The notes below the pieces were generated by a model. It was not told where the DNA came from and searched no databases. It saw only the letters and a list, made by a program, of their open reading frames with translations. Below, one piece after another: positions 11,301-22,910 of a DNA stretch of 64,000 nt (its first letter is position 1; every line of letters starts with the position of its first letter). Position numbers and translations under genes: made by a program. Origin of the DNA: Blastochloris sp. (GTDB taxonomy: Bacteria > Verrucomicrobiota > Verrucomicrobiia > Methylacidiphilales > JAAUTS01); the NCBI GenBank assembly GCA_034440395.1, contig JAWXBW010000009.1, positions 6,530 through 70,529 on the forward strand, in the 5' to 3' direction.

Positions 11301-12027
11301 CCTTGGCGTCGTCGTTGATTCAGGACTGGTGCAAGGAGTCTTCCTTGTTGATAAACTCCTCCTGCGCCGTGAAATTGTCACGAAAGACCTAGGCTCCCTC
11401 GTCGGCAGTCTATCCTATCTCTCCGGTGCCACTCTTGATCCAGACGGCTCTCTCATCTGTATTCTACAAATTCCAAATATCTTACAACATCTCGCCGCCA
11501 GCATTACTGAAAGCACCACCCAGCAAGCTGACCTCGCCACCCCGCAACCTGCTCCTATCCCAGTAGAATTGATCGAAGCTGAATTTGAGACGAACCCCCT
11601 GACGTCCTCTTTAGAAAAAAAATTCTTAATTGGTAGGCCTCCTAGAGTCCTTCTCTGCGACGACTCACCCAGCGTGCGAAAGGTTCAACAAAAACAACTT
11701 GCCCAACTCGGCTACCTCAGCACCGCCGTCCATGATGGTCAAGAAGCCTTGGAGCTTTTACAAAACGAAGATTTTGACCTTGTTATGACTGATTTAGAGA
11801 TGCCGCGTCTCGACGGATTCGGACTCGTGCGAAGCATCCGCTCCATGGAACGATTCAAGGATCTTCCCATTATCGTCATCACCTCACGCGCACTAGAAAG
11901 GTTTGCTAGCGAGACCCTTGAACTAGGCGCAACGGCCTGTTTGGGTAAGCCTTTTATCTCTTCACAGTTTGAGCGGCTTATTCATAACGAAGAAAAGTTA
12001 TCCCACCTGCGGCCACAAACCCCTTGA
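8380..12027 (+). CDS. cheA: CheA-type hybrid histidine kinase (3 Hpt, HATPase, CheW, REC), ChpA-like
   Basis: FHTIKGSA and FHTLKGAA x2; HVVRNAVAHG; DDGGG; GRGVGLDVV; C-terminal REC (DLEMPRLDG). Confidence 0.92.
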   Translation: MAAKPPINPNNQPHSVAHAPKSKGSLILKSKVGNTPFLPPTPPPILKKPALALSQETSLSPSSGTTDYLALFKEEVHSYLLKMENSLIELQHDLIIEKPWANLRAHFHTIKGSAATLDLPETSILADRGEGLALSALELPDEKTEKSWNVMLGLIKEIAHSLDIPATSLPNSPCSINATLPILSHQLSLIFTILDDWQTKPELPSYQVEFKQGLDKVAYTLQEMKLSEVALNFQRFSTFVESLQPGQFIPPFFIVAKRCLQDLEIYLKEKEINSSLSWTRKWSFYFSSLSVALAADGRRPRTHLSHASQPLENSDPEMTEVFAQEASTHFEQIEAALLAWENGQTTAEQITHVSRGFHTLKGAANSVDLRGLGHGFHLLEDYLGTLNPEQPPSKLFPFLLNCVDQAKNYIKDLSINPSQPWPHDWKHALSQFRQELHSNPTVQVPVDLDMLSTFIEEAVVIFEQVETAILAWEKLDQEEVQCSNLRRYFHTLKGAANSIELHTLGNSFHILEDFMESVQAKEPPVGLFEFLLKCSDQVRHYIETLSLKPETIWPYHWEYELGDLRKGKIQGASLAALRTNIQTKDEKSGIEERQVVRVEAGKLRQVMHLTSEIIADHGTFEGHLNKLPSILSQWESSGADIFKILQQLELDTTLQQAKSKSKSENKSLGLLLTSLTDISLKLKAQSHLRQEFKPLFEFLKEDHVLFRRNSRRLQNDLAALNMAPVSGLFRRLQRVFRDALQEEKKEAILVLEGEQTLLDKAVVDALYGPLLHVVRNAVAHGLESPQRREELQKTRSGTITLTAKPLSNQVIFEVKDDGGGIHESMVRQRAIERGMIPDSAPTLTAEQIVELLFRPGFSTKESVSSVAGRGVGLDVVKAEVESMNGSVTLDYTVGQGSTWTIKVPLTLSASEALVVMVGDMRLALPLSYVQRCVRILPSTQLHRHGLLWHQDEHGTLPCLDLARIFEIQRSSLPSLGVVVDSGLVQGVFLVDKLLLRREIVTKDLGSLVGSLSYLSGATLDPDGSLICILQIPNILQHLAASITESTTQQADLATPQPAPIPVELIEAEFETNPLTSSLEKKFLIGRPPRVLLCDDSPSVRKVQQKQLAQLGYLSTAVHDGQEALELLQNEDFDLVMTDLEMPRLDGFGLVRSIRSMERFKDLPIIVITSRALERFASETLELGATACLGKPFISSQFERLIHNEEKLSHLRPQTP

Positions 12028-12073
12028 ACCCTTTCCACATAACCCGTAATTTTTAAGTAATAATCAACGTCTT

Positions 12074-12553
12074 ATGAACAATCTTGATACTATGGATCAG
12101 TGCCTGAGAAAAACCCCTCTTTTCTCTTGGTTAAGCACGGAGAGCATCGCTTGGTTGGCTCATTACACTGAAGAATTGTCCTTTAATCAAGGCGATACCA
12201 TACTCGAACTAGGCAGCCTCTCAGACTCCCTCTACATCATCGCTCAAGGAGAGGTCACCTTCATTTGCGGCACCTCCCAAGACACTGATGAACAACAAGC
12301 CACCAGCCTTGATGAAATGGATATCTTCGGCGAACTCTCCCTTTTAGAAATAAAGCCACGCACCTCCCTTGTCCGTGCAGCGCTGCCCACAACGCTCTAC
12401 CGCCTAAAAGCAGAGACCATTGCCCAACTTGCTCAAAAAAATCAAGATCAACACGCTATTCTCATTACCAACCTGTCCCGTTTTCTCGCTCGCAAAATAC
12501 GCACTCTCAATTCCAAAAAATCTATTCTCAATCAAGCAACATCCAAGGAATAA
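12074..12553 (+). CDS. stand-alone cyclic-nucleotide-binding domain protein
   Basis: PLFSWL, LYIIAQGEV, FGELSLLEIKPRTSLVRA; too short to carry a Crp HTH. Confidence 0.88.
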   Translation: MNNLDTMDQCLRKTPLFSWLSTESIAWLAHYTEELSFNQGDTILELGSLSDSLYIIAQGEVTFICGTSQDTDEQQATSLDEMDIFGELSLLEIKPRTSLVRAALPTTLYRLKAETIAQLAQKNQDQHAILITNLSRFLARKIRTLNSKKSILNQATSKE

Positions 12554-12558
12554 CCACC

Positions 12559-13041
12559 ATGATCTCCCAACTCGACGACCTTGTGGCTAAAGAAAAAATA
12601 TTTTCCGCCTTTAAAAACTTTCCGCTCTTCCAAGGCCTTCCAGACGAAGTTCTAGTCGTTTTTTTCGTGGCAGCTCAAGAAGAAATATACCGCAGCGGCC
12701 AAGTTATCATGAAAGAGGGTGACCATGGCCAAGAACTCTACATTATAGGAGATGGCAGCGTGGACGTCTGCATTAACTACGAACAAGAATCCAAAACAGT
12801 TTTAGCCAAACTCAGCAAGAACGATTTTTTCGGAGAAATGTGTGTCATCGAACCTTCCCTCCGCTCAGCCACCGTGGTAGCAGCCGAGACAACCTTACTC
12901 TATTCCCTAAAAAGTACGTCGTTGAATAAAGTCTATCAAGTCTGGCCTGAGCAACAATCCACCATCATGACCAACCTTGCCCACCAACTTTCCCAACGCG
13001 TGCAAAAACTAGACGACACCTATTTCAGCCGAGCTTGGTAG
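12559..13041 (+). CDS. stand-alone cyclic-nucleotide-binding domain protein
   Basis: PLFQGL, EGDHGQELYII, FGEMCVIEPSLRSATVVA; no HTH. Confidence 0.9.
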   Translation: MISQLDDLVAKEKIFSAFKNFPLFQGLPDEVLVVFFVAAQEEIYRSGQVIMKEGDHGQELYIIGDGSVDVCINYEQESKTVLAKLSKNDFFGEMCVIEPSLRSATVVAAETTLLYSLKSTSLNKVYQVWPEQQSTIMTNLAHQLSQRVQKLDDTYFSRAW

Positions 13042-13116
13042 CTCCTGAACGACTGCCTACCTATTCAAGCTACTTGCCAATCTATTAAGTAATCAGCTAG
13101 GTTTAATCTTCCAACA

Positions 13117-13201
13117 GGACAGATGGCTGAGCGGTTAAAGGCACTCGACTCGAAATCGAGAGATGGGTAACCATCCGTGGGTTCAAATCCCACTCTGTCC
13201 G
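13117..13201 (+). tRNA. tRNA-Ser(CGA)
   Basis: GGACAGA...TCTGTCCG; arm CTCGA-CTCGAAA-TCGAG; long variable arm. Confidence 0.96.
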
Positions 13202-13358
13202 CTCTGTGAGCGGCCCTCGTGATAACGAGAAATCTATCTTGTTTTGAACGCAGTTCATCTGCTCTGCCTGAAAGGCAATCCTTCATCGCCAAAGGCTCAA
13301 GCTGCAGCAATGTTCCTAACATTCATCCCACTCTGTCCGCTCTGTGAGCGGCCCTCGT
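13187..13358 (+). repeat. 34-bp perfect direct repeat of tRNA-Ser 3' end and trailer (13187-13220, 13325-13358)
   Basis: ATCCCACTCTGTCCGCTCTGTGAGCGGCCCTCGT occurs twice, with 104 bp between copies. Confidence 0.95.
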
Positions 13359-13439
13359 ATTGAAGCTCTCAAGTCAGAAGCTTACCCTAATCGGAATCGC
13401 CTAGCTCAAGACATTGAGGTCACCACTATAACGATATCA
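13359..13439 (+). pseudogene. relic of the N-terminal HTH of a WYL/YafY-type regulator
   Basis: Translates as IEALKSEAYPNRNRLAQDIEVTTITI, resembling YPN..LA.eLEVS.kTI. Confidence 0.45.
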
Positions 13440-14807
13440 TCAAACAACCGTGAGGCCTTCGGCGCGGTATTCGTTTATTTTATTTCTTAAGGTTCTCAGA
13501 CTAATTCCTAGAAGCTCGGCGGCGTGGGTGCGGTTGTTTCCACAGCGTTCTAAGGCCTTTAAAATCATGGCTTGCTCGACCTTCCTGATGGTGACGATGC
13601 CTACCTCATCCTGCACCGTAGCACTAGCCCCTGTCACCCCAACGGCGGCGAAGTCTTCTGGTCTTAGGCTACCCTCCTCTGAGCAAAGGATGACGGCTCG
13701 TTCCATAGCGTTCTGCAGTTCCCTCACATTACCAGGCCAAGCGTAGGCTTTTATTCTCATGAGGACTTCGTGCTGAAGAGCTTTGATTTTTTTGCCGTGC
13801 TTGCGGGCGAATTGATGGCCAAAGTATTCTGCTAAACGAATCAAGTCCTCTCCGCGCTCACGCAAGGGAGGTATCTCAATGGGCACAACATTGAGACGGT
13901 AGTATAAGTCTTCCCGGAATCGGCCCGCTCGTACTTCTTGCAAAAGATTACGATTCGTAGTGGCTAGGACACGAACATCAACAGAGATGGTTTTATTTCC
14001 ACCGACACGCTCAAATTCTCGCTCTTGCAAGACGCGTAGTAACTTAACTTGTAGATCCGGGGGTATTTCAGAAATTTCATCAAGCAGAAGAGTACCTGTG
14101 TGGGCGAGCTCAAAACGCCCTTCCCTTCTCTGAACCGCACCCGTGAAAGCTCCTTTTTCATGTCCAAAGAATTCACTCTCTAACAAGGTGGCGGTAATGG
14201 CAGCGCAATTCACACGGATAAAAGGTTTAGCCGAGCGAAGACTGCCGTCATGCAGTGCTTTAGCCACAACTTCTTTACCCGTACCACTCTCGCCTTGAAT
14301 CAAAACAGTGGCAGACGTGACGGCTATTTTATCAATTAATTCTTTCACGCGCAACATAGCGAGACATTGGCCCCAGTCTACGGATTGACTGCTATGCGGG
14401 GTGATTTCTTGGCGTAGATAGAGATTTTCTGCCTCAAGTTTGCGAACTTCTTCTAGGCGGCCTAAAGCTACACTGAGCCGAGAGATATCAACGGGTTTTA
14501 CAAGATAATCAAAGACCCCCAGCCTTAAAGCTTCTACGGCCGAGTCAAGGGTTCCAAACCCAGTCATGACCATCAGGCGCATGGTAGGATACATTTGCTT
14601 AATCTCTTGCAGGTACTCAAGCCCATTACCGTCTTTAAGATGAACGTCGCTGATAATTAGATCAAAGGTGTCTTCTTTGAGAATAAGCCGCGCTTGAGCA
14701 ATGGAAGGAACTGCTAATACGGAATAATTTAATTCACCTAAGAGATCAGACAAGACGGCTCGAACGGAACTTTCATCATCTAGAACCAAGATTTTTTCAA
14801 GTTTCAT
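13440..14807 (-). CDS. sigma54-dependent response regulator (NtrC family)
   Basis: REC; GESGTGKE; GAFTGA; WPGNVRELQN; Fis-type HTH. Confidence 0.95.
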   Translation of the reverse strand: MKLEKILVLDDESSVRAVLSDLLGELNYSVLAVPSIAQARLILKEDTFDLIISDVHLKDGNGLEYLQEIKQMYPTMRLMVMTGFGTLDSAVEALRLGVFDYLVKPVDISRLSVALGRLEEVRKLEAENLYLRQEITPHSSQSVDWGQCLAMLRVKELIDKIAVTSATVLIQGESGTGKEVVAKALHDGSLRSAKPFIRVNCAAITATLLESEFFGHEKGAFTGAVQRREGRFELAHTGTLLLDEISEIPPDLQVKLLRVLQEREFERVGGNKTISVDVRVLATTNRNLLQEVRAGRFREDLYYRLNVVPIEIPPLRERGEDLIRLAEYFGHQFARKHGKKIKALQHEVLMRIKAYAWPGNVRELQNAMERAVILCSEEGSLRPEDFAAVGVTGASATVQDEVGIVTIRKVEQAMILKALERCGNNRTHAAELLGISLRTLRNKINEYRAEGLTVV

Positions 14808-14860
14808 AAGATAAAATGAAGTAGGGCATAAATACCTACATTAGAAAATAAGAACCAAAC

Positions 14861-15586
14861 TTAAATATTAAAACGTGGTCCAAGGTAAAGCGAGCGCGCA
14901 ATGGGATCGTTAATGAGTTGTTCACTGGTCCCTTCACATTCCACCCGGCCTTCACAGATGAGGTAAGCGCGGTCCACAACAGAGAGGGTTTCTCGTACGT
15001 TATGATCTGTAATAAGAACGGCTAGGCCACGTGCGCGTAGGGAGAGAATGATTTGTTGAATGTCTTGAACGGCTATAGGATCCACGCCACTGTAGGGTTC
15101 ATCTAACATAAGCAGACTTGGTTCTGTAACCAAACAGCGGGCAATGGCGAGGCGACGTTTTTCTCCACCGGAAAGCATGTAGGCTTTGCTTTTACGTAAC
15201 CGCTCAATACCTAGCTCAAAAAGCAAGTCTTCCAACTTTTGCTGTTTCTCGAGATCGCTCAGGGGCAGCGTTTCTAAAACGGCCATGAGGTTGTCTTCTA
15301 CGCTCAATTTTTTAAAGATAGATTCTTCTTGTGGAAGATAGCTGATGCCACGCCGCGCGCGACGATACATGGGCATGCCAGAAACTTCTTCACCTTGGAG
15401 AAATATCTCGCCCTGAGTGGGACGGACTAAGCCTACCACCATGTTAAAGGTGGTACTCTTACCTGCTCCGTTGGGTCCAAGCAATCCGACAATTTCACCC
15501 GCACTTACTTGAAAGTTAACGCCGTTAACGACGTTGCGCTCGCCGTAAGTTTTAACGATGTCATTAACTCGGATAATTTCAGACAT
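14861..15586 (-). CDS. lptB: LPS export ABC ATPase LptB
   Basis: GPNGAGKST, YLPQEESIF, LSGGEKRR, ITDHNVRETL; start adjusted to MSEII. Confidence 0.96.
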   Translation of the reverse strand: MSEIIRVNDIVKTYGERNVVNGVNFQVSAGEIVGLLGPNGAGKSTTFNMVVGLVRPTQGEIFLQGEEVSGMPMYRRARRGISYLPQEESIFKKLSVEDNLMAVLETLPLSDLEKQQKLEDLLFELGIERLRKSKAYMLSGGEKRRLAIARCLVTEPSLLMLDEPYSGVDPIAVQDIQQIILSLRARGLAVLITDHNVRETLSVVDRAYLICEGRVECEGTSEQLINDPIARSLYLGPRFNI

Positions 15587-15599
15587 GATGATTAATACC

Positions 15600-16091
15600 C
15601 TATTGCAGAAAGAATTGGACTTTACTACGACCATCCACTTCCATGCGATCTGAGCTTGGGTAAATGGTAATGACCGTGCCAGTGACGCGATTAGCACCTT
15701 GATTCACGACGGGATCACCCGTGAGCCTGATTTTTTTATCAGCTAGGATATACTCAGCCTCGCGAGCTTCAGCAGAGCGACCTGAAGCTTGCTTAATTTT
15801 AACACTGCCACGAGCCACGATACGCTCCATTTTATTATCAACATCAAAATAGACGACGAGCTCATCAGATGTTAGGTCAAAGTTAGGATCTTTTACCGTA
15901 ACGCTACCTGTGAAGGTTCCGAATTTTTTACTAAGATCAAGCTTGAAGCTGTTACTAGTTACCTCTGTTTCTTTAATCACAGCACCTGGTGAAGTTTTAG
16001 CCGCAGCTGATGTATTAGGGGCTAGAGGTTCAGCTCTTATGGGGGTGCTAAGAGTTGCGACTAAAATTAAAGAATAAATCCATGTTTTCAT
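15600..16091 (-). CDS. lptA: LPS transport periplasmic protein LptA
   Basis: Signal peptide; OstA-like FTGSV, LTGDPVV, VTGTVIT; directly upstream of lptB. Confidence 0.85.
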   Translation of the reverse strand: MKTWIYSLILVATLSTPIRAEPLAPNTSAAAKTSPGAVIKETEVTSNSFKLDLSKKFGTFTGSVTVKDPNFDLTSDELVVYFDVDNKMERIVARGSVKIKQASGRSAEAREAEYILADKKIRLTGDPVVNQGANRVTGTVITIYPSSDRMEVDGRSKVQFFLQ

Positions 16092-16514
16092 TTGGGTAAA
16101 ACCTCATCGTTACGCTTGATCACTACTTTGACATTTTCTTGAAAAATCCCTTTGTTCTCCATAATTAGCCAATCCATCGTCTTAGCCGTTAGGGTGAAGC
16201 TGGGATGCTCAATTTTAACATTATTACTGCTGGTAAGGCGGTTTTCCTCCCGCCAATAATCGCTCTCATCGGAAGATATTTTTGTTTCGGTCAATCCTTT
16301 GTTATAGAAATCAATGATTAAGCCGCGTACTTTTATCCGACTCAAGCTCATAACAGTGGCTTCACGCCCAAAAATTTTCATCTTGATCACCCCATCTTTA
16401 TCGCGTTGGGGAAGTTCTAATCCACGTATGATAGCTCCGATAGCAAAGTCAGCCTGAGCAAGAACTCGCACGGCAGTTGCTGTGAGAACCAAGGTTGTAG
16501 CCAAGATAATAACT

Positions 16515-16528
<14 letters not shown>
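16088..16528 (-). CDS. lptC: LptC-like protein
   Basis: N-terminal hydrophobic segment, beta-rich; kdsA-lptC-lptA-lptB synteny. Confidence 0.7.
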
Positions 16529-19641
<3,113 letters not shown>

Positions 19642-19645
<4 letters not shown>

Positions 19646-20190
19646 AAAGAAGCCTTCAAACGGTTCACTACCCATTGCGCTGCTTGAAAAAAATCTTCCG
19701 CTACGAAATCAGCCTGCGCCCTAGCCTCCACCAAATCATCCTCACCCGAGTGCCCTAAAACTAAGAGCGAAGCACAGCCCGCATTTTTACCACATTGCAC
19801 ATCGGACAAGCGATCCCCTAGCATCACACTTTTTGACAAATCTAAACCATACTGCTCTGCCGCACGCTGCAACATGACAGGCGAGGGCTTACGCTCGTCT
19901 GCCCCCTGCGCGGAGCCGGGGGCGTCATAACACATGTAATAACCAGAAATGGCTATACCACTTAACAACGCTTCCATAGCCTCATTCACTAGACCCACTT
20001 GCTCTCTAGTGATAAGTCCACGCCCCACACCCGACTGATTTGATACCACGAAAAGAGGTAAGCCTTCCGCCGCTAACAACGCTAAACCCTCGTGCACACG
20101 AGGCATTAACTCTACCCTAGATGGATCCCCGAGGTAAGGCAGATTACGGATCAACGTATCATCACGATCTAAAAAAACCGCTGACTTCAT
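19642..20190 (-). CDS. gmhB: D,D-heptose 1,7-bisphosphate phosphatase
   Basis: FLDRDDT, SNQSGVGRG, RKP, GDRLSD. Confidence 0.92.
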
Positions 20191-21194
20191 GGCTCCGAAG
20201 CTTCCGCAAAACTTTGAATCAACTCCTCTGGCTGCAACGTCGCCGTGCCCAACTTACTCACCACCACACCAGCCGCATGGTTTGCCAGCTCCGCCGCTTC
20301 CATACCATTTAGTCCCACCGCTAGGCCTGCCGTGAAAAAAGAAATCGCCGTGTCCCCCGCTCCTGAAACATCAAATACTTCCTTCGCCCGCGTCGGCGTG
20401 TGATAAGGTGTTAGGAACTTTTGATACAACATCATCCCCTGATCCCCCATGGTCACTAAAAGATACGGAACTTTCCACCGCTCTAGGAGAGTCGTTCCCA
20501 CTTTATTCATATCAGCATCCTCGGGATCTCCACTCAACCCCGCATACGCAACCGCTTCCACCCGATTAGGCTTCACCGCCGTGGCACCGCTGAAATTAAG
20601 CGGGTTGGCTGGACTAGGATCCACCGTCACAATCTTCTCCTCTTCACGGGCTACAGACACGAGTTCATCAAAAATTTCTTGATGCAAAAACCCCTTGCCG
20701 TAATCCTCCACAATAACCGCTTGATAATTTTTTATTTCCTTCCTAAAAAAAACTTTAATTTGCTCAATCTCCGCTGGGCGGAATTTTAGCTTCTGTTCAT
20801 GATCAACCCGCACCACCTGCTGCTGACGTGCGATGATACGAGTTTTTGTAATCGTAGAAAAACGACTTTCAATAAAGAGCCCTTTCGTATCAATCTTACT
20901 CTTTTTGAGAAGCTTAACTAGTTGTTCACCTGCTGCGTCTTTCCCTAATACCCCGCACACGCCCACTTTAACACCGAACTCCGCTAAATTACGCGCCACA
21001 TTTGCCGCTCCGCCAGGGAAAGCCATCTCATCAGTTACCTGCACTACTGGAACTGGAGCCTCAGGAGAAATACGTGTGACTTTTCCGTAAATAAATTGAT
21101 CCAACATCAAATCCCCAATCACAAGAATACGTAAATCCTGAATGCGCTTAATGATTTTTTCTAAACGGTTTTTACTAAATTGAGGGGAATTCAT
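20187..21194 (-). CDS. hldE: heptose-7-phosphate kinase (kinase domain of HldE/RfaE only)
   Basis: RISPEAPVPV, GGAANVA, DVSGAGDT. Confidence 0.92.
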   Translation of the reverse strand: MNSPQFSKNRLEKIIKRIQDLRILVIGDLMLDQFIYGKVTRISPEAPVPVVQVTDEMAFPGGAANVARNLAEFGVKVGVCGVLGKDAAGEQLVKLLKKSKIDTKGLFIESRFSTITKTRIIARQQQVVRVDHEQKLKFRPAEIEQIKVFFRKEIKNYQAVIVEDYGKGFLHQEIFDELVSVAREEEKIVTVDPSPANPLNFSGATAVKPNRVEAVAYAGLSGDPEDADMNKVGTTLLERWKVPYLLVTMGDQGMMLYQKFLTPYHTPTRAKEVFDVSGAGDTAISFFTAGLAVGLNGMEAAELANHAAGVVVSKLGTATLQPEELIQSFAEASEP

Positions 21195-21320
21195 AAATGG
21201 TTAAACATGACGCCACGAGATTAACTCTAAAAATCTCATCTGAAAACCGAAAACTCCATGACTATGCAAATAGGGTTTGATTTCACAAGCTAGCATGGAC
21301 ACGATACTCCATCACCGCCC

Positions 21321-22112
21321 ATGATTTTCGATTACCATATTCACACGCCCCTCTGTCATCACGCCATCGGACACCCCCGTGAATATGTGCTTCAAGCTCT
21401 GGCCAAGGGTCTGAGCGAAATCGGCTTTTCCGATCATAATCCCATGCCCACTCAATTCGATGATTGGCGCATGGCCCCGACCGATTTACCCGCTTACCTC
21501 TCCCTCATTGAAGAAGTCCGCGCAGAATTCCCCGACTTCCCGATTAAACTTGGCTTGGAATGTGACTTCATCCCAGGCTTTGAGCACCATATCCAACATC
21601 TAGCAACTTCTGCACCTTTTGATTATATGATCGGAGCGGTACATTATATTCAGGATGGTTGGGATATAGATAACCCCTTTAAACGTAATCTCTGGAAAGA
21701 ACTTCCCGTGGAGGAAGTATGGAAACGCTACTTCCACCTTTACACACAAGCCGCTAACTCAGGGCTCTTCGATTTTTTGGCGCACCCCGATCTCGTGAAA
21801 AAATTCGGAGATAAACCTGCAGGGGAATTAAAACCGTATTATTGCGAATGCTTAGACGCCCTGGCAGATAATAAAATCGCCATTGAGATCAATACGGCAG
21901 GCCTGCGTAAAGATATTCAAGAAGTGTACCCTAGCCGAGAATTTCTGGAAATGGCGCATCAACGTCACATTCCCATCCTCATCAATTCGGATGCACATGA
22001 CCCTAAGGATGTTGCTGCCTCATTCGACCTAGCTCGTGACCTCGCCCGATCCGTCGGTTACACCCATCTCACACGCTTCGATAAACGTCGACCCATCCCT
22101 ACCTCCTTTTAA
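21321..22112 (+). CDS. hisJ: PHP-family histidinol-phosphatase
   Basis: DYHIHT, SDH, AHPDLVK, EINTAGLR, SDAH. Confidence 0.85.
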   Translation: MIFDYHIHTPLCHHAIGHPREYVLQALAKGLSEIGFSDHNPMPTQFDDWRMAPTDLPAYLSLIEEVRAEFPDFPIKLGLECDFIPGFEHHIQHLATSAPFDYMIGAVHYIQDGWDIDNPFKRNLWKELPVEEVWKRYFHLYTQAANSGLFDFLAHPDLVKKFGDKPAGELKPYYCECLDALADNKIAIEINTAGLRKDIQEVYPSREFLEMAHQRHIPILINSDAHDPKDVAASFDLARDLARSVGYTHLTRFDKRRPIPTSF

Positions 22113-22126
22113 CGTTTCCCTTTTTT

Positions 22127-22906
22127 CTAAATTAAACGAGCAACCGTATCCCCCGCTTTTAAATTTACCCCGCTATAGCCTAATTCACGTGCCTGAGTGA
22201 GCAGCTGAAACAACTGGTACGCCGCCGTCCTCGGGCTCATCCCTCCCTGACGTATATTAGATAAACAGTTCCTCTCCGCATCCGTATTTCCCAGCTTCGG
22301 GCCGTGCACAAGATAAGCTCCTAAACTGTCTGGTGAACCTAGCCCAGGTCGCTCACCTAATAAGATAAGTGCAAGCCTAGATCTCAATAATTCCCCCACC
22401 TCGTCCTGCACCGCCACCCGTGCTAAAGGTATAAGTACAATAGGCGCACATTTCCAGCTCGACAGTAAATTCAATAACTCACGCACCACAGGTATGGCCT
22501 GCTTGTGGGTGGCGGTGGCAGACAGTCCGTCTGCAAGAATAATGACTAAATCCACCGCTCCCTCTTTCTGACTTTGTTCTACACACTTTTCAGAAGATTC
22601 TGCTGATAAACGACGACCACGATCTGGGCGTTGTAAATACTCGAAACGATCTTTAGCCTGGCTCGTTAACTCTAAAACATTTAACGGCAATGTTTCTAAC
22701 TCACGCCGCATATCCTCGATCTGAAAAACTTGATGAACCGCATCCCGCGCACGCGCATGGGAGAGCTTAAAATCCAAGACCTCACGTAACGCCAAGCTAC
22801 CCCCGACACGGACTTGCGCAATCCGAGCTGGAGTCCATTGCTTCAGTTCCGCCCATGAGTCAACGGACGTAACAGCTTTAGAAGGTAAATCAGGTGAAGA
22901 GCTCAT
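22127..22906 (-). CDS. eutC: ethanolamine ammonia-lyase light chain
   Basis: HARARDAVH, YLQRPDRGRRL, DGLSA, GERPGL, DAERNCLSNI. Confidence 0.95.
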   Translation of the reverse strand: MSSSPDLPSKAVTSVDSWAELKQWTPARIAQVRVGGSLALREVLDFKLSHARARDAVHQVFQIEDMRRELETLPLNVLELTSQAKDRFEYLQRPDRGRRLSAESSEKCVEQSQKEGAVDLVIILADGLSATATHKQAIPVVRELLNLLSSWKCAPIVLIPLARVAVQDEVGELLRSRLALILLGERPGLGSPDSLGAYLVHGPKLGNTDAERNCLSNIRQGGMSPRTAAYQLFQLLTQARELGYSGVNLKAGDTVARLI

Positions 22907-22910
22907 TAGC

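Noticed and set aside
13065-13322. 85-aa minus-strand ORF
   Set aside because: Antisense shadow of tRNA-Ser
13187-13358. 34-bp repeat as a mini CRISPR array
   Set aside because: Only two copies, 104-bp spacer, repeat derives from the tRNA end, no cas genes
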